Shown here piece by piece: positions 1 to 9,092 of a stretch of DNA of 64,000 nt (its first letter is position 1; every line of letters begins with the position of its first letter). The position numbers were made by a program, and so were the translations under genes. Under the pieces are notes generated by a model. It was not told the origin of the DNA, did not search any database, and worked only from the letters and a program-made list of their open reading frames with translations. Source of the DNA: Paramoeba atlantica (lineage: Eukaryota > Protista > Discosea); assembly GCA_977017575.1 (NCBI GenBank), contig CDRNVI010000029.1, positions 186,001 to 250,000 of the forward strand. The letters are read 5' to 3'.

Positions 1-99
1 TTAAAGTAATGTAAATTAGTATATGTAATTAGTATACTTCAATACCTGTCTAACAGTGAACTAAAAGTTTTGTTTGTTCATACAGGGTAGTACCTGTAG

Positions 100-722
100 A
101 GATAATTAGGTCGAGCAGGGGTAAGCGCAATCAACGCTCCCTGCTGGACCTTTTCGCCTTCCGAGGCAACACAGGGAAAAGCGCGGGATATCCTCCCCAG
201 GAAAGCGAAAAGAGACGGCCTCATCGGGATAAGATGTCCCGAGATGTTTCGTAAGCGCAGTGCGCCAGGAAAGATATACGGATTTGTGGGACGCGGATGA
301 TATTCCCATCGTACATGCTACAAATGACTTCCATGGTTCATGATACAACATGGTCAGGGCCATGGATGCATGCTGGCAAATGGAGTCATGGTTCATGATG
401 CATCATGGGCATCGGGGTCCCACAGAATCCGCCACGGCTGGTGAGCAAGAGAGGTGCATAGAACATCCTCTAGAACACGCATACAACGTGTTTGCTCGCC
501 GTGTGGGAGACTTCCGGCATATGGAAGCCTCCTACGCGCAGAAGTACCGGTGTCGCCGGATAGTGAAGGCACGCCGCGTGGTCCCGTAGTTGGGTCCTTC
601 AGCGCATGGGGACTCGGAACCATGTTCCGAGCGGGGTGGTGGGAGATGAAGGAAGGGAGGCGCACCCCTACTTTGCGACAAGAGGGACAGTTCCTCTCCT
701 AGCGCCATCCGGAAACGGGCAT
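100..722 (+). mobile_element. Possible decayed non-LTR retrotransposon (restriction-like endonuclease type) remnant
   Basis: GC-rich block between AT-rich flanks. Joining frames across two apparent 1-nt shifts gives ...EASYAQKYR...VVP/VVGSFSAW...LRQ...S/AIRKR, reminiscent of the K..KY...VVGS.G.W end of R2/NeSL-type RLE domains. The reconstruction is ambiguous. Confidence 0.3.
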
Positions 723-1870
723 TGACATAGTAAAAATATGCCCGTTTCCGGGAGAGAAAAGATGAGCTAGGAAAAAAAGTACAAGGTACAGAACTACTAG
801 TACTTAAGAGCATAGTTCGGCAATCGCAGAAAATCCCGAAGATTGCTACTATGAATATTTTAGCGCGCGTAAATTTTAATAATGTATGATCATATCACGC
901 TACTCCACCTGTCATTAACAATGATAATGATAATCCTCAAGAGTGATATTTTTTTTGAGATTATTATTATCATTATTAATGACCTAGTGTAGCTTCTGTC
1001 TCCCGCATCCCGCTTGGAAGAAGGTCGTCCCCAAAGTTAAAGTAGGAAAGTAATTAGGAAAGTAATACAAATAATAATAATAATAGGGGAAACGATTTTG
1101 GAAAAATATTTTTTTTTTGCCATTTTTTTCGCCAAGTTGAAATTTTTTTCCGAAAGAATCCGAACTTGGCGGACCCGTCCTGCGGATACGCGGGGGAGTC
1201 ACCCCCGGGTATGGGGGTGGAAAATGCGCGCCAAGACCCCGGCTACCCCTTTTGCGGTTTTCTTTTGAAAAATTATTTTTTCGAAACCTGGACCCCCCCC
1301 ACTGGACGCAGCGGGAGGAGGCGGCGCAACAGAGGGCGGCAGAGGTGAGTTTTTTTCTTACACTGTGACTCTGAGAGAGGAAAAATCCCAGGTGCTACAC
1401 CTGTTTCTTTCGCCTTGCGCGCGTGAACACTTTGGGGTACATTCAATGTCAGACGTTTCTTTCGGCAAAGTTGTTTCATCGATTCTCTGATGCGGGGTTT
1501 CTTGTTCGTCGTACCTTGTTTTTATTAACTCAACTGATTTGACCCCGTTCGCTAGTTTGTAGAGGAAAGGAGTTTTGTGGGATTATTTACTTTCGTTCTA
1601 TGACCGGTCATACATTATTCATTGAGTTTATAAGTTATCAGATAGGAGAGGGGAATTAAGACTGCCTTGTTTGGTGCCTTTCTTTATTACTTACAATGAT
1701 GAACAATTCCATACTATGACACCCAATTATACTTACCCCGTAGAATCCCTTTGTACATTGTCCCTCGTTTGCCCCTTATTCAAGCGCAAAGCGTTCTTTC
1801 CTCTCAGTTGTTTCTTCTCCTGCTATGTATCACTTCTAGAAATGCGAATTCCAAGAAATGCTTTATTTAT

Positions 1871-2596
1871 ATGCCAACGACTAGTCCGTTGACTCGTTAT
1901 TTTTGTGAGCGACGAGGTCACACTATTTTTCCTTTGCAACGAACTGGAACACATTCAACGAAGCGTACGGTAAAATATCAACGCAATCCGAGGGCGGGGC
2001 AGAATGCGAACTACAGCGACATACGAGAAGCTTATGGAAAGTGGATTTTCTTTGCGTCTGCGGAAGGTGACACAGAAAGTGACAGTAAAATACGTATTGC
2101 TCTGGACCGATTTATAGAAAAACTAGGAACACCTCGAAGAAAGGCACGTACCGTCGAAACTTATGAGGCGCTTCAACAACTCGGCGAAGAACTGCACTAT
2201 TCCTTTAGGATGACATGTTGGTTAATTACACTGTTCTCCACGATTCCAATATTTTATTATCTATGGAAACATAACGTTTCGGTCAGAGACTTGTGCCCTG
2301 TAGAGAGTGGCTACTTTGACCGAATACCGAACCTTGCGTACACCACCTCAACTACTATACTAAATCTGACAGAGAGTTCTTTTTGCAAGAGAATTATTCA
2401 GCTTCTTTTATTTTTAGCATGGGTGGAGCTGTCGAATAGGGGACGGTATCGCTTCTACATTCATATCCTATCAAGACTTTGGAGGCGAAACAACTGGGTA
2501 GGGGGAGTGAAACCGAGTCTATTATGCCGGTTCGATGATCGGATGGATTATCTTTTAGGACGGACACCGCGAAATAGGAAATGTACACTCCTTTGA
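1871..2596 (+). CDS. Hypothetical protein with 1-2 hydrophobic segments
   Basis: Long + strand ORF (open from 1751, first ATG at 1871) in cluster orientation; hydrophobic stretches CWLITLFSTIPIFYYLW and IIQLLLFLAWV. Confidence 0.6.
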   Translation: MPTTSPLTRYFCERRGHTIFPLQRTGTHSTKRTVKYQRNPRAGQNANYSDIREAYGKWIFFASAEGDTESDSKIRIALDRFIEKLGTPRRKARTVETYEALQQLGEELHYSFRMTCWLITLFSTIPIFYYLWKHNVSVRDLCPVESGYFDRIPNLAYTTSTTILNLTESSFCKRIIQLLLFLAWVELSNRGRYRFYIHILSRLWRRNNWVGGVKPSLLCRFDDRMDYLLGRTPRNRKCTLL

Positions 2597-3334
2597 AGAC
2601 GCGACTCACTGATTTCAGTCCACATTGTGCGGACATCGAAGAGCCCGTACAACACTTTCTTGTAAGTTTCTTTAGCGCACTTTCTTGGAAACTGTGCTAC
2701 AAGCCAACCCAGTTCTTCTTTTTTGACCCCCCCCCCCCCCATAAATGTTTTCTTAATTTCCGTAGCCCCCCAGTAGAGGAGGTTTGACCTTTTAACGGTT
2801 GAATCCCTGTAAGTGTGTTCCTGAGTAGGCTGCGCGGGAGGGGGTGACCTAGCGTGCGGGGATGACTGAACAGGCGGGGATGGCTAGGCGAGCGGTGGTG
2901 TGCAATACAAATGAAAAAAGAATTCAGGAGGCACACAAAAATTTTCAAAAAGAAAACTTTTTTTCACTTATTTTTCATTGATCTTTCCTCTCCCAAAAAG
3001 AAAAAGAAATATTGTTTGCGCAATTTCACGCTCTTTGCCGATCTGTAGTATTGGCTTGGGTTTTCCCCTTAGTTACGGACTCTGTGACGAGAATACCTCG
3101 TTGGATCAATGGGAGAGTACGGAGCGCTTCCTTGAAGAAGCTCAATAGATTTTTTTCCCAATGTGAAGCATATGCCCAAATTCCCGTTTTCTATGAGTTT
3201 CAGAGAAATAGGTGCGATCGATCCTAAAGAAGGGCTTTCTTTATGTGTTTTTCGTTCATTGTTGTGCTGATCGTAGACTGAAATGGACCTCGTAGAACTG
3301 AAAATACGGGTAGAAGAAAATAAGGAAATAATAA

Positions 3335-3415
3335 ATGGCAATAAGGGTGGCCATCCAGAAGGGCAATTCCCAGATTATTCAGGCGGCGGTACAAGATTGG
3401 TACCGTCGCGGTGTT
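3335..3415 (+). mobile_element. Short 3' fragment of CRE/SLACS-like retrotransposon (copy A)
   Basis: gtggccatccagaagggcaattcccagattattcaggcggcggtacaagattggtaccgtcgcgg is nearly identical to ~32825-32890; encodes MAIRVAIQKGNSQIIQAAVQDWYRRGV versus MAMGVAIQKGNAQIVQAAVQDWYRRGV. Confidence 0.8.
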
Positions 3416-3510
3416 AAGGGGCCTAGGGGGGGGCACACCTATTGGAAAGAATGATCCGGGAACGAAACCATCAAGCTCCCACTTGCACCCGCCACAAGGA
3501 GGCGGGGTTG

Positions 3511-3630
3511 CATGCGAATGACCCGTCGGGTGTTTTCGCCATTTGGTGGTGGCCATGAGGGTAGTCATCCGAAGCGGCAATGCGCAGATGATTCAGGCCG
3601 TAGAACTAGGGTGGTGGCCTAGCGGAGTCC
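3511..3630 (+). mobile_element. Second, more diverged 3' fragment of the same retrotransposon family (copy C)
   Basis: With one 1-nt gap it encodes HANDPSGCFRHLVVAMRVVIRSGNAQMIQAVELGWWPSGV, aligning to HTSDRAGCLSHLLMAMGVAIQKGNAQIVQAAVQDWYRRGV at ~32775-32895. Confidence 0.65.
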
Positions 3631-3869
3631 TGGTATCTGCGTCTAGAGGTTATCAAAAAAGAATGAAAGAGTAAACTAAAAAGAATACTGTGCCCCACTT
3701 TTATATACCCCAGTCAGCCCCCCCCCCCCTTAATCGAGACAAAGATAATTTGATTATTCATTTGATTCTCAACAGAAGAATAGTTTTTTCGTATTTTTTC
3801 TCTAGTTAGCGTTTTCGTGACCTACATGAATAATATCTGGAACAATGTATATAAGTTGTGAAAACGTGC

Positions 3870-5972
3870 ATGCGGCAAATTATTACATTCATGAGAAAGT
3901 TAGCGTCCGGACTAACCTTTTCTCCTTGCACTACGCATACTCAAAATCGTCGGTATTACGCTTCCGATGATAGCGAAGAAGGCCAACTACGTGGAGAACG
4001 TAATTCATTGATATATTTACAACGTTATGTCGAGAGGAGCGTGAAGAGCATTTGCTTGCTTCGTCTAAATTACGAAAAAAAACTAGACGACGAAGAGAAG
4101 CATACCGATAGATTGCTGAGCACATTTCCCACATATTTCGAGAAAATTTATATTCGAAAGTCGTACCTATTCGTGAGGAACTGCATAAGCCCATTGCTCC
4201 AATTCTCTTTTGATGTTTCTTCGACGAGGTCGAAACAAAACATGTCGCATAATTTTGTTCTAGTTAGATCGGTTTTATCGGTCAAATCACTTGTCGACAT
4301 CTTGGAATCGTTCTCCTACTTCTATTCTAAGGGCGTCTACTATGATTCGGATGCGTTGAAACACCTTGTTGAAACGCAAAAAGAAAGCAATTCGAAAACA
4401 TTTTACCTTCTAATTCCCACGTTGCAGACACCATCTTTTCAAGCTCTTATAGCCATCTTCGCTTTGTATGTGGAAACAGAGCTCGAAAAATTGCGATTAG
4501 ACTATGTAGCTCACGTACGTATTTTGCACGCCTTTGCAAAGCTTCAAGTCTCTTCCGACCAGCGAATAATGCACATCCTATTACAAAGAAGTTTGTCACC
4601 CTTCTTTGACGCAACGCCAACGGAGGACTATCGAGCCTATTTGAAGTATATTCCTTTTATATTGTCTTCCATGGAAACTGTTTCTTTGTATCACCAGAAG
4701 GCTTGCACCCTCTTCCCTCACATCCTGAGCCAATCGAATACGGAGAATAAAATGACAACTGCCGAAATTGCCTCTTGCCTCACTTCGTTCTATAAGCTCC
4801 GCGTTTTCCACGAAGGAATTGGCAGTACTCTTTTACATCTTGCTCGTCGTTCGGATGCCGAAAAAGAGCAAACGAGTGAAAGCCGACTACAAGCAAATAC
4901 GGTTGACTTTACCTTTTCCGGTATTTTTCTGCATTGGAACGCTTTAGACTTTGTTCTTGACGTCCTTGAAAAGTATGCCGGACACAAAACGCTCATGCCT
5001 CGCAGATGCTTTATTGAAATCATGTTCCGTGTGTTGCTTGGGATTGAAACCCTGCAGCCGAAGTCACTGGTAAAAATATACCGACTCTTGTCGTTCAGAG
5101 ACGAAGCGAGTTTGCTTCATCCACGCAAGTCCAAGGAAGGGACGAAAAACAGCTGCGGGGAACAGCAGGAAACTGAACGAAGCAATGTAAATAAAAATGA
5201 CAATCCCGGGAAGTTAAATAGACATGACCTTTTGGATGAAGCACTGCGGTTGTGCAATGTTAGATTCATGAAACAAATTTCAAAGCTATCGTTGAACGAT
5301 ATTGTTCGGGTGCTTCGCTCGCTGTGTGCTGAGGGTATGGGAATCGAGACACCAGCGATGGCGGAGGTCATTGTGTGCCATATTAAGAGATGTTACGGTA
5401 TGCGGGAAATAGACAAGAAGAGCACGCTGCCGAGACATTTGCCTACGAATCAACTAAGTTGTACGGAGTCATGGAAACCGAACATTGTGGAGAATAGTTC
5501 CGAGCCTTGTAGCTTGATAGCAGCTGCACGAACGCCGTTCCTCGTGTCATCAAAACGCGTGGAAGAAGAGATCAGCGCCGAGCTTCTCAGTTTAATGCCC
5601 AGAATAGAATTTAGGCTTCAACAACTTTCCGCGATTCGAACCGAAAAACCACTAGCTGAAGCTTCCCTGCTTTGTGGCATTGCACGTAGTATTCTTCCAA
5701 AAGCGCTGCGGGGTGAGATGAGTTGGGAGACCGTACTAAAGCTGCGACGCGCATTTGCAGACTTCCCTGCCCTTGCCGAAGGCGTTCCGAAACTGTGGAA
5801 TCTGGTGAGGCGTGAGGCACCTGGCCGTATTCGTAGAAAAACACGGAAACTCTACCGAACGCAGATGGGGACGGGGAAAAGTTCTTGCTTAGCTCAGAAG
5901 CTTTTGCCTCGGTCAGAATACGGAAAACGGAAAGCGGCAGCAGGTAAGATATCCGCACGGATTTCGGGCTAG
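3870..5972 (+). CDS. Hypothetical helical protein, possibly mitochondrial
   Basis: ~700-aa ORF; basic, Ser/Thr-rich N-terminus ending RRYYAS resembles a presequence; no family recognised. Confidence 0.7.
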   Translation: MRQIITFMRKLASGLTFSPCTTHTQNRRYYASDDSEEGQLRGERNSLIYLQRYVERSVKSICLLRLNYEKKLDDEEKHTDRLLSTFPTYFEKIYIRKSYLFVRNCISPLLQFSFDVSSTRSKQNMSHNFVLVRSVLSVKSLVDILESFSYFYSKGVYYDSDALKHLVETQKESNSKTFYLLIPTLQTPSFQALIAIFALYVETELEKLRLDYVAHVRILHAFAKLQVSSDQRIMHILLQRSLSPFFDATPTEDYRAYLKYIPFILSSMETVSLYHQKACTLFPHILSQSNTENKMTTAEIASCLTSFYKLRVFHEGIGSTLLHLARRSDAEKEQTSESRLQANTVDFTFSGIFLHWNALDFVLDVLEKYAGHKTLMPRRCFIEIMFRVLLGIETLQPKSLVKIYRLLSFRDEASLLHPRKSKEGTKNSCGEQQETERSNVNKNDNPGKLNRHDLLDEALRLCNVRFMKQISKLSLNDIVRVLRSLCAEGMGIETPAMAEVIVCHIKRCYGMREIDKKSTLPRHLPTNQLSCTESWKPNIVENSSEPCSLIAAARTPFLVSSKRVEEEISAELLSLMPRIEFRLQQLSAIRTEKPLAEASLLCGIARSILPKALRGEMSWETVLKLRRAFADFPALAEGVPKLWNLVRREAPGRIRRKTRKLYRTQMGTGKSSCLAQKLLPRSEYGKRKAAAGKISARISG

Positions 5973-6106
5973 TTCTGCCCCGTTTCTGGTAGTTATTTAT
6001 CCATTATGTCAATTATAGTACTAACGCAAGGATTTTGTGATTTGAACGATTTACAACAGACGCATTATTCGTAAACCTTTTGTTTTCTCTAAATCGTATT
6101 TCAGTA

Positions 6107-7936
6107 ATGCAGTCCTATGCCGGCAGCATACGGGTATTTATTAAAGACATCCCCAAAGGCACGACGTTTCACGAATTGCGCGAGCTTCTGCGGGAGGGAA
6201 CAGTGGGTACGCGGGAAATCATCTTAAGTGAAGCCAGCGACTCGGACTTATTTGTGTACGCGTTGGTGCGGTACGAAAGCTGGGAGTGCGCAACGGATGC
6301 CGTGCGACGAAATTTAACCCTCCACGGATCAACGTTAAAGGTTTGTGTAATCGACGATCCTCGATCACATGCGATGAGGTTTAAGGGGAAGTTGACTCCT
6401 AATCCAGAGCTGTCGTACTCGCGGACCGTATGCGTCGATGGCACCGATGTGGAGAAAGAGGATCTCGCCCATACCATGGGGCTACAGGAGGCACTTCGAG
6501 GGTACGCCCCGTTTGTTTGGTGTGAGTACACACTGCAGCATCACGATTGTCCGTTCGGCACGCGATGTCGTTTTCTTCACTTGAGGGAACATCAGCGCAC
6601 GGTGCATTCACACGAAAGTGCGAATAAGGGGCACCGGATTCTTCTTTTACCCAAGATAGCGCACAAGCACGTCCACGTCCTGAGGGACGGAATTCTCCAG
6701 AAAGAAAAATTGGATGATGAGGACGTTGCCAGAGTTTCACCGCCTGAAACAGAGAATTCTGCATTGAGTCGAGACGATACAGTTCCATTCACCATTTGCA
6801 GGTGTTCGGATAACAACCCTTCGAGCCTCTTCGACGGCAACCTTGTCATGTTGGCCCAACGCATGAACACCTTTGTGTTGGAACACTACCGAAACACCCC
6901 GCACGAATCTTCCCCCGCGTTGGCGGATCTCATCACGCATGCACCCAAAAACGAGAAATGGAACCTTATGTTTCAGTTCCTTATCACGCAAGCCCTCGCG
7001 CACGACCCCCCGTGGCAACCGTGCACCACCTGCACCCCCCTCCCCCCTCCCCCGCCCCCCTCCCCCGTCCCCCCCGGTCGTATCGCCCCCCACCACACCT
7101 ACACCCTCCACGCCCACCTGGCGGTTAACGACGCCGGATCCCCCTGCGGGGTTCACTCCTGGACCCTGGAGCCGTTCTACCCCTTTGTGTGTTACGCTAC
7201 GCACTCGACTTCGAAGGGCTCTACTCCTCCTTCCTATGCGGACTCTTCTCGAATCCACAGCCCCCCTCTCCCGGTGGTATGTGACCTCCTGATTCCCTAC
7301 GCCCGGGAACGGGTCCAGGAGCTGCTGGAGGCCTCGGGGAGCGGAGTCCCCCGTCTCGGGACGACCACGACGACGACCCCTTCCCTCTCCCTGTGTCTCG
7401 GGATCGAGGAGAGGACACGGGAGGGGGAGGGGGAGGGGGAGGGGGAAAAGACAAAGGCAATGGCAGAGGAAAGGGCAGAGGAAATGACAAAGGCAGAGGA
7501 AAAGACAAAGGCAGAGGAAAAGGCAATGGCAGAGGAAAAGGCAATGGCAGAGGAAAAGGCAATGGCAGAGGAAAAGGCAAAGGAAAAGACAAAGGCAAAG
7601 AAAAAGACAATAGCAGAGGAAAAGACAAAGGCAGAGGAAAATGCAATGGCAGAGGAAAAGGCAATGGCAGAGGAAAAGACGAAGACAACGACAACGGCCT
7701 ACGTGACGCACTTGTTTGCGATCGCGTGGGGGGACACGGGGGTGGGGTCGTCATGGGGCTCACGGGACGCTCATGGGGACCACACCTCGGACGCTCTCCC
7801 TTTCCCGTGGATGGCGCCCCACGTGTATGATAATGTCACGGTGTATACGGTGGAGAGGGTGCCGTCGTGTGGGGAGATGGCACGACGGGCCCCGGCACGG
7901 TGGGTGGGGTTTGTGAGAGAGTATGGGGGGTTGTAA
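6107..7936 (+). CDS. RRM + CCCH zinc-finger RNA-binding protein with low-complexity insertions
   Basis: N-terminal RRM-like segment (RVFIKDIP...YALVRY...A.DA...TLHGSTLKV); CCCH finger CEYTLQHHDCPFGTRCRFLH (C-x8-C-x5-C-x3-H). Confidence 0.75.
   Translation: MQSYAGSIRVFIKDIPKGTTFHELRELLREGTVGTREIILSEASDSDLFVYALVRYESWECATDAVRRNLTLHGSTLKVCVIDDPRSHAMRFKGKLTPNPELSYSRTVCVDGTDVEKEDLAHTMGLQEALRGYAPFVWCEYTLQHHDCPFGTRCRFLHLREHQRTVHSHESANKGHRILLLPKIAHKHVHVLRDGILQKEKLDDEDVARVSPPETENSALSRDDTVPFTICRCSDNNPSSLFDGNLVMLAQRMNTFVLEHYRNTPHESSPALADLITHAPKNEKWNLMFQFLITQALAHDPPWQPCTTCTPLPPPPPPSPVPPGRIAPHHTYTLHAHLAVNDAGSPCGVHSWTLEPFYPFVCYATHSTSKGSTPPSYADSSRIHSPPLPVVCDLLIPYARERVQELLEASGSGVPRLGTTTTTTPSLSLCLGIEERTREGEGEGEGEKTKAMAEERAEEMTKAEEKTKAEEKAMAEEKAMAEEKAMAEEKAKEKTKAKKKTIAEEKTKAEENAMAEEKAMAEEKTKTTTTAYVTHLFAIAWGDTGVGSSWGSRDAHGDHTSDALPFPWMAPHVYDNVTVYTVERVPSCGEMARRAPARWVGFVREYGGL
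7445..7684 (+). repeat. Coding 18-bp minisatellite (AEEKAM/AEEKTK)n
   Basis: Unit gcagaggaaaaggcaatg / gcagaggaaaagacaaag repeated about a dozen times in frame. Confidence 0.9.
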
Positions 7937-9092
7937 CATATGGGAATATGGGGGGTGTAGGATAGTACTGTGACCCCCTACCCCCTTTATACTTTGCTGG
8001 TCATCATCATCATCATCATCATACTTTGCTGGTCAGAGCCAGTAGTAACCAAGTAAATGGCGAAGTATAGAGGGAGGGGGTCACAGTATAGGAATAGAAG
8101 TAGCGTGCGGTGAATAACGATAATAGGCTCCCCCCGTTCTTGAGGTTTGAATCCGGCGATTACGGGAGAGGCTGGAGAGGCTTCGAGGGGTAGGGAGTAC
8201 CATGGCGGCATGGATCCCTTTTTGGAGTGAGGTTTATTCAATACAGAATCATATTTAGATCTGCAGAGGTAAATTTCTACCTATGCTACGGTCGCATACG
8301 TTTTTTCAGTGCACCTCTTTTGTAGAAAAAAGGGTTTTATGGCGTTCTCATGTAAGGCACCCTGTAGTGTTTGAAGTTTTCGTGTAAATGGGGGTCCACG
8401 GTGAGGGGGTGAATAGCGCCGTCGAAGTGGTGTGGAGGAAAGGCTCCGGTGCGAAGGCGTATCGGAATGCGAGGCTGTTCCTCAGAAACAGGAGGCTCGT
8501 ACTCTGGCCGTTGGAATTCTGGAAGTGAAGAAGACGGAAGCGAAGGGTTCTGTGACCTCTCATTGGGTCAGCATTCAATGACCTTGATGCCGTTTCACGT
8601 CGTACCCTTTTAACTTATGCTTTAAAGTTTTGAGCATTGTACAGTAGACCCCCAGTAGGAGAGATTTCGCTCGGGGGTGGGGGTAGCAGGCTGGGGAGGC
8701 TAGGCGGGTGTGAGTGGGGATTAGGCGGGACTGGGGGTGTCCGGGTAGTCGGGGAGTGGCTCTGCTAGGCTGTACTTATAGAAAGGGACGATTGTAATGT
8801 ACCGTATATCCCTCCCCCGCTATCGGAGATTTCGCTCGGGGAGGGGGGAGGCTGAGAGGACGGCGGTGGCTGGACAGGTGAGGATGGCTGGGAGGGGTGA
8901 GGGTACTTGAGAGAGTCTACATCATTTTGGAAAGTACGTACCTTGTAGCGTAGAAAGTGAGTTGGACTTGTAGGTTCTGTAGGGGGAGATAGAGTAGGAG
9001 ATTCTACGTGCGTAGGTTTCAATCCACAGTGTTTGCACGTCATGCTCATTCTTGTTATTCATTGTTTTGTTATATTGTTTTATGCTTCCTTC

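Noticed and set aside
6737-7830. Long alternative-frame and antisense ORFs (CLFLCH repeats, PLPF repeats, GKGN repeats)
   Set aside because: Shadows of the 18-bp stop-free minisatellite and GC-rich island in the real + strand gene.
7987-9049. Three short - strand ORFs, one Pro-rich and extendable through a TAG (PSEISDSGG / PSEISPTGG similarity)
   Set aside because: Against cluster orientation, no recognisable domain, and explained by G-rich low-complexity sequence; cannot be supported as a gene.
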